This document shows, one piece after another, positions 1 to 9,037 of a stretch of DNA of 64,000 bases. The first letter of the stretch is position 1. The number at the start of each line of letters is the position of its first letter. Source of the DNA: an uncultured Spirochaetota bacterium (lineage in GTDB: Bacteria > Spirochaetota > UBA4802 > UBA5550); NCBI GenBank assembly GCA_963827275.1, contig CAWHAA010000010.1, positions 96,001 through 160,000 of the forward strand, read 5' to 3'. Position numbers and translations under genes: made by a program. A model generated the notes under the pieces. That model had not been told where the DNA came from. It did not search any database and worked only from the letters and a program-made list of their open reading frames with translations.

Positions 1-715
1 GCTGAAGATTGCCGCCGGTCACCGCGTCACCTGCTACCCGATGGTCACCTTCACTTCAGCGGCGCAGGGGCGCAGGATACTCGCCTCCCCTCGTTTGATC
101 AAGGCTTCGGTGGCAACTATCACCGCCATGGCGCGGCGCGGGGGATATCCCGGCGTGCATCTCGATTTCGAGTACCTGCCCCCGGAAGACGCGCCGAAGC
201 TGGCGGAATTTCTCTCCGCGTTCCGGGCTTCTTTTAAGGGAAAAATCACCATGGCCGTCTTCCCCCCGATCGAGTTCCCTGAAAAATGGAACCGCTTCCA
301 CGACCTCACGCTCATAGCGCCGCATGTCGATGAGATCGTCATCATGTGCTACGACCTTCATGGCGCCCACACCGGCCCCGGCCCGGTCACCGATGCCGGG
401 TGGGCGGAAAGGAACATCCGTTTCGCCCTCCGGCACATGGCGAAAGGCCGCGTGTGGCTGGGAATACCCGCATACGGATACCGCTGGTGCGGCGGAAAGG
501 CCCGGGCGATCTCCGCAAGGGAGGGGATGAAGATAGCTGAGAATCAAACATACACGAGGGACCCTTCAGGTACGGTGCATTTTACCACGTCAGCCTCCGG
601 AAGGCGCTGCGAGGCGTACCTGTCGGACCGGAAGACCCGCTCGATATTAAAGCAGCTTGCTACCCGCTATGGCCTCGCCGGTACCGCGATCTGGCGCCTC
701 GGCTTTGAGGATTAA
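1..715 (+). CDS. GH18 glycoside hydrolase (YaaH/SleL-like), 5' partial
   Basis: Frame is open from base 2 into the 41..715 ORF. Motifs GVHLDFEY (catalytic DxE), IMCYDLH, LGIPAYGY and GTAIWRLGFED are typical of GH18. Confidence 0.85.
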   Translation, partial: LKIAAGHRVTCYPMVTFTSAAQGRRILASPRLIKASVATITAMARRGGYPGVHLDFEYLPPEDAPKLAEFLSAFRASFKGKITMAVFPPIEFPEKWNRFHDLTLIAPHVDEIVIMCYDLHGAHTGPGPVTDAGWAERNIRFALRHMAKGRVWLGIPAYGYRWCGGKARAISAREGMKIAENQTYTRDPSGTVHFTTSASGRRCEAYLSDRKTRSILKQLATRYGLAGTAIWRLGFED

Positions 716-826
716 TTAATTTGAACTAACATTTTTTTCATAATATATATAAAAATTAATTAATAAATTCTGCCTAAAACCGATAATAAAAATGAGACAT
801 AAACATAAACTTCTTGAGGGGCAGAC

Positions 827-1051
827 ATGGCACACAGAAAAACCAAGAAAAAAAATTTCAGGCAAATGCTGACGAAGTATCTGGATATCAAGGGGTTGGA
901 TATTATCATTGTTCTCGAAGACGGGAAAGAGATCGAACTGTACAAGAACAGGTCAATAGTGGGCGACATGATCGTCACCTTCGATATTGACAATGGGGAA
1001 AAGAAAATCCCGCTTAAAAACGTCAGGCACGTTGACATGTACGCCGCGTGA
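827..1051 (+). CDS. small hypothetical protein (74 aa), possibly Sm-like beta fold
   Basis: RBS gagggg 5 nt upstream, basic N-terminus, followed by a hairpin terminator. Confidence 0.7.
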   Translation: MAHRKTKKKNFRQMLTKYLDIKGLDIIIVLEDGKEIELYKNRSIVGDMIVTFDIDNGEKKIPLKNVRHVDMYAA

Positions 1052-1074
1052 CATCCGGCGATGAACTCATACGA

Positions 1075-1104
1075 CATCCGGCCCTGTAGCAGCAGGGCCG
1101 GATG
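1075..1104. terminator. hairpin between convergent genes (probable bidirectional terminator)
   Basis: Perfect 12-bp stem catccggccctg / cagggccggatg with a 6-nt loop. Confidence 0.6.
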
Positions 1105-1109
1105 CTTAT

Positions 1110-3053
1110 TCACACCTTTTGCACCCCCGGCAGATCGACAAAATCAAGATTCAATTTTTTCAATGTTTTCTTCTTCGGCACGCCGTTTTTGTCCCACCCT
1201 CGTAACCGGTAGTATTTCGGGAGCATTTTATCAAGACGCACCACGGATTTTTTATTGTTCGGCAGCAGCGGCTCATCGGTAAACCGCTTTGCCAGCGTAT
1301 CGTGCTCCCGGTTGATCCCCTCGCGCAGGTTAAAGAGCCTCTCCATGTTGTATCCCCTGTCGCCGATCCGGGCCCAGGTGCCGAAATCCATATGCATGCC
1401 GGTTGCCTCCTTCAACGCCTTTGAATGAGGGAGCAGGAACGGGAAGTGCACCCTGAGAAGCCAGGGGGGCAACTTTAATGTCAGGGCGAAGATCCAGCCG
1501 ATGTTGCCGAACAGGAAATTCACGAGTTTAGACAGCAGCGGTTTGCCGGGGAGCTTGAACGCGGGCCCCGGTACAAAGGTCCACCCGGTGAAGAGGCAGT
1601 TCCCGCCGGCGCTGATGACCGCCATGAGGTTCTGGCTCAAAATCGTCCAGGGGGGCTTCCCCCGGTACTTGTGCTGGTTCATGGTGACCGGCCCGGTCAC
1701 CTCGGTATAGACCTCGTACCCGGCGTCGAGGTGGCACGCGCCCCGTGACGAGGTCGCGTAACCCAGCGCCTGCGCGACCGTGCCCCGCGGCTCGTAGGCG
1801 GGGATCTCCAGCCCCTTGACATGCGGCGCGAAGTCCTCGCCGCCGTATTTTTTCGAGAGGAACCTGACGCCTTCGGCGAGGTCGTTGCCGATCCCGGTGC
1901 GGTCCGCGATGGCCCTGATCGCTTTTGAAAATGCTTTTTTATCACCCCAGGCAAGCCCGTTCTTCCAGAGGCCCTTTTCATTGAGCTCGGCGGCAAATCC
2001 CAGGATCGTACCGGTGCTGATGGTGTCCATGCCGAGGAGGTCTATCTCGTAGTTCCAGTGTATGATGGCCTCGAGGTCGTCTATGAGGAGGTTGGACCCC
2101 ATGAGGGCGAGGATCTCATATTCAGGGCCCTTCACTTCATGGCCGTTGATTTCGACGACCCTGCCGCAGCGTATGGGACACGATATGCAGCCGAAGTTTT
2201 TTACCAGATATTTTTCGGCCAGATGCTCGCCGCTAATATTGTATGCCTTATCATAAGTGCCCGTTGAAAAATTTTTTGTGGGAAGCGTGTTCCGCACCGA
2301 GAGGGGGATGAGAGAAAACGCGGTCCCCAGCCGGGGCGCGATGTCGCCCGTGGCCGGGTGCTTCTGGAGCATCTTGATCCACTTTTTGATCGTGGCCTTG
2401 AAATGCTCCGGGTCATGGATGGGGACGCTCTTCGTCCCGCGGGCCACCATCCCCTTCAAATTTTTCGATCCCATGACCGCGCCCATGCCGGTCCTGCCAT
2501 GACAGCGCTCCTGCGACACCACCGCCGCGAATTTCACCAGGTGTTCACCGGCCGGCCCGATCGCCATTGACCCGCCCTTCTTGTCATCGCCGAGCATCGC
2601 CTTCTGCGATTCCTGGGTGTCCATGCCCCAGATGTTTGCGGCGCTTTTTATTGATACCGTATCGTCCCGGATATCGATGTATACCGGCTTCTCTGCCCTT
2701 CCCCTGACTACCATCCCGTCCCATCCGGCACGTTTCAGGTTCATGCCGAAATTCCCGCCGCTGTTGGAATGACCGATCGCGCCGGTCTGGGGGCTTTTTG
2801 CCGATATGTCATACCTGCTGGTGCAGGGGCCGCCGCTGCCGGTGAGCGGCGATGTCATGACCACCAGTATATTGTCGGGGGAAAGGGGGTCCACTCCCGG
2901 CTTCAGCGCGTCCCAGAGTATCTTTGTGCTCAGGTAGCGGCCGCCAAGGAACAATTCACGGTCGGCATCGCTCACCGGGTACTCGCCCACCTGCCCCGTG
3001 GTAAGATCGATGTCCAGCATTGCGCCCATGTAGCCCTTGTATCTGCTTGTCAT
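1110..3053 (-). CDS. aor: aldehyde:ferredoxin oxidoreductase family (W/Mo-pterin)
   Basis: Start re-called at MTSRYKGY (3053). Motifs KSPQTG, SNSGG, GRTGMGAVMGSKNLK, CxxCxxxC (GCISCPIRCG), GPEYE, GMDTIS, RGACHL, YYRLRGWD. Confidence 0.9.
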   Translation of the reverse strand: MTSRYKGYMGAMLDIDLTTGQVGEYPVSDADRELFLGGRYLSTKILWDALKPGVDPLSPDNILVVMTSPLTGSGGPCTSRYDISAKSPQTGAIGHSNSGGNFGMNLKRAGWDGMVVRGRAEKPVYIDIRDDTVSIKSAANIWGMDTQESQKAMLGDDKKGGSMAIGPAGEHLVKFAAVVSQERCHGRTGMGAVMGSKNLKGMVARGTKSVPIHDPEHFKATIKKWIKMLQKHPATGDIAPRLGTAFSLIPLSVRNTLPTKNFSTGTYDKAYNISGEHLAEKYLVKNFGCISCPIRCGRVVEINGHEVKGPEYEILALMGSNLLIDDLEAIIHWNYEIDLLGMDTISTGTILGFAAELNEKGLWKNGLAWGDKKAFSKAIRAIADRTGIGNDLAEGVRFLSKKYGGEDFAPHVKGLEIPAYEPRGTVAQALGYATSSRGACHLDAGYEVYTEVTGPVTMNQHKYRGKPPWTILSQNLMAVISAGGNCLFTGWTFVPGPAFKLPGKPLLSKLVNFLFGNIGWIFALTLKLPPWLLRVHFPFLLPHSKALKEATGMHMDFGTWARIGDRGYNMERLFNLREGINREHDTLAKRFTDEPLLPNNKKSVVRLDKMLPKYYRLRGWDKNGVPKKKTLKKLNLDFVDLPGVQKV

Positions 3054-3090
3054 AGCCCGCCTCACTTCCGGCATATTGTCATAATGAAAA

Positions 3091-3543
3091 TCAGCGTTCG
3101 CCGCCACCGGGAGGGCGATCAGCCTCAACCCCGAGTATGGCGCCGAGATGTTTCACCAGGTCGACGATGACGCCGGCCTGTTCCTCGTCATAACCTTTCA
3201 GACCGGACATCGTCATCTCTACGATATACGACTCGATGTTCCCGAGCATCACTTCGCCGTCAGGGGTCATGCGTATGTAGATATTTCTCCGGTCCCTGCT
3301 GTCCCGTTTTTTCTCAATGAGCCCGATTGTTTCCATGTGGCGGATCAGGCGTGTCGCGGCAAACACGGGGATGCGCAATTCGCCCGCTATGTCGCTCACG
3401 CGAAACGGCGATTTCCGCTTCAGGAATTTCAACAGGTATATCTGCTGGTAATCGAGCTTAAACCGCTCAATGCAGTCTCTTTCATAATAGTATATCGAGC
3501 GCAGGGCATAAAAGAGAAGGTCCTCTGCCTGTGCTCGCGGCAT
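3091..3543 (-). CDS. MarR family transcriptional regulator
   Basis: Winged HTH with ATRLIRHMETIGLIEK..DSRDRR..IRMTPDG. Start uncertain (between 3543 and 3594). Confidence 0.85.
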   Translation of the reverse strand: MPRAQAEDLLFYALRSIYYYERDCIERFKLDYQQIYLLKFLKRKSPFRVSDIAGELRIPVFAATRLIRHMETIGLIEKKRDSRDRRNIYIRMTPDGEVMLGNIESYIVEMTMSGLKGYDEEQAGVIVDLVKHLGAILGVEADRPPGGGER

Positions 3544-3588
3544 ATGCCTGATGGGCGACATCCTCATGTGTATAGCCTGACATATTAG

Positions 3589-3601
3589 TTGCATTTTGCA
3601 A
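3589..3601. promoter_or_regulatory. inverted repeat TTGCA-n3-TGCAA, candidate MarR operator
   Basis: Palindrome immediately upstream of the marR-aor genes. Confidence 0.45.
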
Positions 3602-3697
3602 GCATTTTTATTACATAATTCAAATAATTAATTTCCTGAAAATGCGGCGGCCGCCCCCGGCGGATGAGAACGGAAGACGCTTTCAGCGCGGAATCTT

Positions 3698-5038
3698 TTG
3701 GACCAGTACAAAAACTTTCCTTTACAAATAAATATTATGCGCCATGATACGCGGATGGCGCGCCCGCAGCCGCCCGTGACACCACGACCAAAATGGAAAA
3801 CCAATGAAAAACTCCAGGCGAACAAAGAAAATCCCGGTGACCTGAAACCGTCCAGGAAAAGAAAGCCAATCATCACCAGGCGTTTCATTATCGCCATTTC
3901 ACTGATCTACTCGCTCCTCATCATCGGGACCGCCGCCGCGTTTCATGTCACCGCCCAGATGAACACCGCCGCCTTGAAAGACGCGCTGGCCGCGCAGTCC
4001 CATGAGCTCCTCGCCGGCAGGATCGAAAACCATGTCGGTCGCCTGCGCAGCGCGAACGCGGCAACGCCGGATGCGGTCAAAAAGGAGCTCCTCGGAAGCG
4101 CTGCGGCCCCGGGCAGCCTGCACGCGGTAATAATTTTCACCAAGACCGAGGACGAGAATTATTTCCGCATAGCCGACTCCGTCATCTTCTCACCGGACCT
4201 GAAGCTCGACCTCGCCCCCTCTGCGGTGGTCCGCGAGGGGAACAGTACCGGCTATCTGAAAAAAGGCCTCCTGCACCCCGCGGTCGACCCCGGCACCTAT
4301 TCCCAGGGCGCGTATACCTGGCAGAATGTCTATTATCCCTACGAATTCGGCAGGAGAAAGGCGGTGCTGCAATTCATGGCAGCGGCGGAGTCAACGCAGG
4401 AAACCATCGAGCGCTACGCCGAGGAGACGGGCAGGACGCGGACCTTCATGATCGCGCTCACCCTGTTCCTTGTCATCGCCGTCGCGCTCCTCTCCATCAT
4501 CTTTCTCCAAAATTACAGCCTTCTCATCAGGAACCTGTCGCGCTACATGAAAAAAGCCGCTGACGGCGATCTCAACGTAACGCTGCACCCGGCGGAGGAC
4601 GTCGAGCTGAACCAGCTCGCCCTTTCCTTCAACACCCTTATCGAAGAATTAAAAGAGAAGACCGCCCGCGGACCGGAAACACCCGCCGGCACGGGGCAGG
4701 AAGAACCGACCGGCGCCGAACCGCCGCAGGGGCCTGAAGCGGCGTCCGGGACCGAAGCCCCCCCCGAGGCGGAAGGGCCCGGGGCCATTTTCGCCGCCGG
4801 CGTCTCGCTCCTCAAGGAGAACAGGCTCGATGACGCGATCGCCATCTTCACGACCATGACGATCATCAAGCCGAACGGGTTCGGCAGCTTCTTCAACCTG
4901 GGGGTCGCGTACGCGAAAAAAAGGGACTACGATGCCGCCATACGGATGTTTGAATCGGCGCAGCGGATCAACCCCTCCTACGAGGTGACCTCCGCGTACA
5001 TCGAAAAGATCAAGCGGCTGCGTGACCCGGATGACTGA
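3698..5038 (+). CDS. membrane protein: TM-periplasmic domain-TM-HAMP-linker-TPR
   Basis: Two hydrophobic segments; HAMP motif (MKKAADGDLN...ELNQLALSFNTLIEEL); P/E/A-rich linker; TPR (FFNLGVAYAKKRDYDAAIRMFESAQRINP). Start probably at 3738 or 3756. Confidence 0.8.
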   Translation: MDQYKNFPLQINIMRHDTRMARPQPPVTPRPKWKTNEKLQANKENPGDLKPSRKRKPIITRRFIIAISLIYSLLIIGTAAAFHVTAQMNTAALKDALAAQSHELLAGRIENHVGRLRSANAATPDAVKKELLGSAAAPGSLHAVIIFTKTEDENYFRIADSVIFSPDLKLDLAPSAVVREGNSTGYLKKGLLHPAVDPGTYSQGAYTWQNVYYPYEFGRRKAVLQFMAAAESTQETIERYAEETGRTRTFMIALTLFLVIAVALLSIIFLQNYSLLIRNLSRYMKKAADGDLNVTLHPAEDVELNQLALSFNTLIEELKEKTARGPETPAGTGQEEPTGAEPPQGPEAASGTEAPPEAEGPGAIFAAGVSLLKENRLDDAIAIFTTMTIIKPNGFGSFFNLGVAYAKKRDYDAAIRMFESAQRINPSYEVTSAYIEKIKRLRDPDD

Positions 5039-6836
5039 TTTCGACGGCCTCAAAAAAAGCGTTTCGCGCTTCCCGGACCAGCCCGGCGTGTATATTATGA
5101 AAGACGGCGACGGCTCGGTCATCTACATCGGCAAGGCGTTGTCGCTGAAAAAGAGGGTCTCCTCCTATTTCCGCGCGAGCGGCCTCGACCTCAAGACGCG
5201 TGTGCTGGTGCAGATCATCCGGGACATCGAGTTCATCATCACCGACTCTGAAATCGAGGCCCTCATCCTCGAGAGCGGGCTCATCAGGAAGCACAAGCCG
5301 AAATTCAACATCCAGAAGAAAGACGACAAGCGCTATCCCTACATCGCCGTTACCATGAACGAGGAGTACCCCCGCGTCATATTCACCAGGAGCGTCCGGC
5401 ATAACGGCACCCGCTACTTCGGCCCCTACACCGACGCGCAGGCCGCACGGAACACGGTGTCGCTCATCAACGCCATTTTCAAGCTCAAGCTCTGCACCAG
5501 GGAGCTCCCCCTGAAAAAAAACGAGCGCCCCTGTATGAACGCCCAGATCAACAAGTGCGGCGGCGTCTGCACCGGCGCCGTGACCAGGGACGACTACCTG
5601 AAGATCATAGACAGCGCAGTGAAGTTCCTCGAGGGACGGATTGAGCCGGTGGTGAGGGACCTCCAGGCCATGATGAAGCGCTTCTCGGACGAGCACAGGT
5701 TCGAGAGGGCCGCCGAGATCCGCGACATGATCTTCGACATACAGAAGCTCTCCGAGACACAGAAAGTGCATGCGGCCGTCGGGATGGACCAGGACTACAT
5801 CGGCGTTGCAAAGCACGGGAGTGAGGCGATCATCATCCTCTTTGAATTCCGCGGCGGCGTGCTCCTGGGGAGAAAGATATCCATATACGACAACGCGGAG
5901 TACGCGGCCGACGAGGAGATTATCGCCGCCTTTATCACCGGCTTCTACGAGACGGCGGAGATCCCCGCGCGCATCGTCGCGGAGCGCAGGCTCGCCGACC
6001 GCGGCGTGCTGGAGCGCTACCTCACCGACAGGTCAAAACGCAGGGTGACCGTCACCGGGCCCGGGACCGCCGAAGACAGGGGGATCATCAGGCTCATCCA
6101 CAAGAACATCGACATCATCGCGGCGGAGCGTTACGCGGACCGGGAGAGCAAAAACACGCTCCAGGGCCTTGAAGAGCTGCAGCGCGTCCTGGGGCTGAAG
6201 GGGCCGCCCCGCGCCATGGAGTGCTTCGACATATCGAACCTCCAGGGGACCGACCCTGTCGCGTCGATGGTGCGGTTCCGCGACGGCAGGCCGGACCCCT
6301 CCGGCTACCGGCGTTATAAGATCAGGGGCCATGCGTCGGCCGACGACCCCGGGATGATACACGAGGCCGTGGCGCGCCGGGTCCAGCATCTTGTCAACGA
6401 GGGCGTTGAGTTCCCGGACCTGATGGTGATCGACGGCGGCAGGACCCAGCTCGCGCGGGCGATGGAAGCGGCGGCCAACTTCACAAAAGGCATCCGCATC
6501 ATATCCCTGGCAAAGCGGCTCGAAGAGATATACACCGCGCCCGGCAAACCGCCCATGAGGCTTGACGCGTCATCGCCCGCCCTGAAGATACTGACCGGCA
6601 TGCGCGACGAAGCCCACCGCTTCGCGATAACCTATCACCGGAAGCTCCGCGATAAAAAGACGACCCGCTCCGCCCTCGACGATATCGCCATCAGCGGCAG
6701 CGCCAGGAAAGCCCTCCTGGCGCATTTCAAGTCCGTCGAAGGGATACGGCAGGCGACGCGGGGCGAGCTCATGGAGGTCAGCGGGATCGGGGAAAAGGCC
6801 GCGGACAAAATCCGCGCCTTCTTCGACGGGGAGTGA
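5031..6836 (+). CDS. uvrC: excinuclease ABC subunit C
   Basis: GIY-YIG domain (PGVYIMK..IYIGKA), UVR domain, ECFDISN, DLMVIDGG, RDEAHRFAI, C-terminal HhH. Confidence 0.97.
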   Translation: MTDFDGLKKSVSRFPDQPGVYIMKDGDGSVIYIGKALSLKKRVSSYFRASGLDLKTRVLVQIIRDIEFIITDSEIEALILESGLIRKHKPKFNIQKKDDKRYPYIAVTMNEEYPRVIFTRSVRHNGTRYFGPYTDAQAARNTVSLINAIFKLKLCTRELPLKKNERPCMNAQINKCGGVCTGAVTRDDYLKIIDSAVKFLEGRIEPVVRDLQAMMKRFSDEHRFERAAEIRDMIFDIQKLSETQKVHAAVGMDQDYIGVAKHGSEAIIILFEFRGGVLLGRKISIYDNAEYAADEEIIAAFITGFYETAEIPARIVAERRLADRGVLERYLTDRSKRRVTVTGPGTAEDRGIIRLIHKNIDIIAAERYADRESKNTLQGLEELQRVLGLKGPPRAMECFDISNLQGTDPVASMVRFRDGRPDPSGYRRYKIRGHASADDPGMIHEAVARRVQHLVNEGVEFPDLMVIDGGRTQLARAMEAAANFTKGIRIISLAKRLEEIYTAPGKPPMRLDASSPALKILTGMRDEAHRFAITYHRKLRDKKTTRSALDDIAISGSARKALLAHFKSVEGIRQATRGELMEVSGIGEKAADKIRAFFDGE

Positions 6837-7568
6837 TCAGCGCTTCGGTTTCTTCGACGCCTTCACGACGAGCGCGCGAAACCGCGCGGTATTCCTGATT
6901 TTCACAAACGACTCATCTTTTTTCAACAGATCGGCGTCGCCGAACCCGGCGTCAACCGCCTTATCAAGGCTTTCAAACGCCTTCCGCGTATCGTTTGTCC
7001 GGGCATGGAAGCAGGCCAGGTTGTAATGGGCGGGATAAAAGGACCGGTCTGCGTTGACGGCCTTTTCATACATAGCGGCCGCATCGTCCCGCTTATCGAG
7101 CCGGTTATAGGCAAGCCCGCAATTGTAGTAGAATTCAGCCTGCGCGGGGTCGAGCGTGATGGCGCGCTCATAGCTTGCCGCAGCGCTCTTGAATTTGTCC
7201 ATCCTGAAAAATGCGTTGCCGCGGTTATAGTATGCGGAGGCGTACTTCCCGTTCATGAGTATCGCCCGGTTCGCGTCAGACACGGCCAGGTCGTATTTCC
7301 CCTTTTTTATGTATTCCACGCTCCTGTTGTTGTAGGCCCCTGCGCCGGGATCAATATCGATCGACTTTGTATAGGCCTGTATCGCCAGGTCGGTCTTCCC
7401 CTCCCGGCTGAACCGGACCCCTTCATTGTAATGGCGGCGCGCTTCAATGTCCAGGCTGACCATCCTTGAATTATCGAACTTCACCAGCGGGGTCGCAGTG
7501 CAGGCGATGAGCAGGGATGGAAGCAATAATAATGACAGCGAAAAGTTCTTATATACTATCATCTTCAT
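6837..7568 (-). CDS. TPR-repeat lipoprotein
   Basis: Signal peptide with lipobox LIAC; multiple TPRs; C-terminal YNLACFHA..AVDAGF..D motif. Confidence 0.85.
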   Translation of the reverse strand: MKMIVYKNFSLSLLLLPSLLIACTATPLVKFDNSRMVSLDIEARRHYNEGVRFSREGKTDLAIQAYTKSIDIDPGAGAYNNRSVEYIKKGKYDLAVSDANRAILMNGKYASAYYNRGNAFFRMDKFKSAAASYERAITLDPAQAEFYYNCGLAYNRLDKRDDAAAMYEKAVNADRSFYPAHYNLACFHARTNDTRKAFESLDKAVDAGFGDADLLKKDESFVKIRNTARFRALVVKASKKPKR

Positions 7569-7662
7569 AGATATATCCTGATACTATATGTTCAGAAGTA
7601 AAATCATTTTTGGGGGCCGGGGGCCCTGTTAACCTATATTTTTATAATATCCAGAAATTTAC

Positions 7663-7690
7663 TTTACACAGGGAACCCGTCCTGTATTGT
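7663..7690 (+). promoter_or_regulatory. putative sigma70 promoter of tRNA-Pro
   Basis: tttaca-16 nt-tattgt, 17 nt upstream of the tRNA. Confidence 0.45.
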
Positions 7691-7707
7691 GTGTTTCGAA
7701 ACTGATA

Positions 7708-7782
7708 CGGGGCGTAGCGCAGTCCGGTTAGCGCACTTGACTGGGGGTCAAGGGGTCGGAAGTTCAAATCTTCTCGCCCCGA
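7708..7782 (+). tRNA. tRNA-Pro(GGG), CCA not encoded
   Basis: Acceptor stem cggggcg/cgccccg; D arm gcgc/gcgc; anticodon arm cttga-ctGGGgg-tcaag; T loop ttcaaat. Confidence 0.95.
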
Positions 7783-7793
7783 ATAGTTTACAC

Positions 7794-7826
7794 AAAGCGG
7801 CTTTCCGAAGGGGAAGCCGCTTTTTT
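7794..7826 (+). terminator. intrinsic terminator after tRNA-Pro
   Basis: aaagcggctttcc-gaag-gggaagccgc followed by T6. Confidence 0.85.
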
Positions 7827-7972
7827 ATGTATGCCGGCAGACATAGGGCACGAGCCCCAGGTATTACATCTTCGAAATAAATACACCGGCGCCATATATA
7901 ATTCAGACATATTTTTTCTCCTGCGGCAATAATGGCATGGTTGTGTTCAGCGTCAAATTCCGCATGGCTCAA

Positions 7973-8770
7973 TTATATATACGTTATATCCCCCGACAGG
8001 ATCATCTGCCGTGACCCGCTTACGTTCATGATGACCAGCGCACCGCCCATGTCAATATCCACGACGGTCCCGAGGGTTCGCACCCCATCCTGCTCGATGC
8101 ACACCCTTCTCCCTATTATGCCGGAGTACTCCCGCCACCTGTCGAGTATGGCATCGAACCTGCCGAAGATGAACATCTCGTACCGGCGCTCAAACCGCTC
8201 AAGCAGCGATATCACGATTTCCTCGCGCGATGTTTCCCGTCCGGTTTCAATCAGCAGCGACGACGCGATGTCCCGCACCTCCGCGGGAAACCGTTCCGCC
8301 GGCGTATTCACGTTGATCCCGATCCCGACGATGACGATGGCGGCGCCGTCATCGCGCGCGTGGAGCTCGGTAAGGATCCCGCAGATCTTCCGGTTGTTTA
8401 ACAGCAGGTCATTGGGCCACTTGATGTCGGCCCTTACGCCGGCGGCCGATTCCAGGGCCTCCGCCGCCGCCACCGCGGCAACGAGCGTTATCCCCGGCAG
8501 GCTGTTCAGCGGGGCTCGTGGCGTCAGGATGATCGAAAGGTATATCCCCGTGCCGCCCGGAGAATGCCATTCCCGGTTCATGCGCCCCCGTCCCGCGGTC
8601 TGCCGATCGGCCAGCACCACGGTCCCCTCGGCGGCCCCGCCCCGCGCAAGGAGCAGGGCCCGCGTATTCGTCGAATCGGTTTCGTGAAAATGCATGATCT
8701 TTTTACCGATGACAGAGGTCCCGAGTCCCGCGGCTATCGCGTCTGTATGTATCATTGTACTGCGTGTCAT
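7973..8770 (-). CDS. birA: biotin--[acetyl-CoA-carboxylase] ligase (no N-terminal HTH)
   Basis: TDSTN, QTAGRGR, KWPND, KICGILTE, GIGINVN. Start at 8770 or 8755. Confidence 0.93.
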   Translation of the reverse strand: MTRSTMIHTDAIAAGLGTSVIGKKIMHFHETDSTNTRALLLARGGAAEGTVVLADRQTAGRGRMNREWHSPGGTGIYLSIILTPRAPLNSLPGITLVAAVAAAEALESAAGVRADIKWPNDLLLNNRKICGILTELHARDDGAAIVIVGIGINVNTPAERFPAEVRDIASSLLIETGRETSREEIVISLLERFERRYEMFIFGRFDAILDRWREYSGIIGRRVCIEQDGVRTLGTVVDIDMGGALVIMNVSGSRQMILSGDITYI

Positions 8771-9037
8771 TGGTTGGTGCCGTCGCGTCCCGTAACGGTG
8801 AGTTAGCGTTATCCATGCGACACCGCCTGTCAAGAATGAAATCGCCCGGCAATCTTCGATTTCACTGCATAAGCAGGCCTTTTCAAGGTAAAATTGCCCC
8901 CCTTCGGCAAAAACAAGTTGCAATAATCCCGGGGAGCGACTAACATGCAACCATGTATCGCGACTGCCTTCCCGCTCGACGGCGGGGGGTAATTTCAGCG
9001 AACAACCTCCAATAATTCTTCAAGATGGTGACTGCAT

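Noticed and set aside
1..715. Sporulation/germination system suggested by the YaaH-like GH18 and the GerMN protein
   Set aside because: Both domain families are widespread in non-sporulating bacteria, and no other sporulation genes are present.
7708..7782. tRNA-Pro as the integration site of the island
   Set aside because: Two backbone genes lie between the tRNA and the island, and I saw no duplicated tRNA 3' end at the far border.
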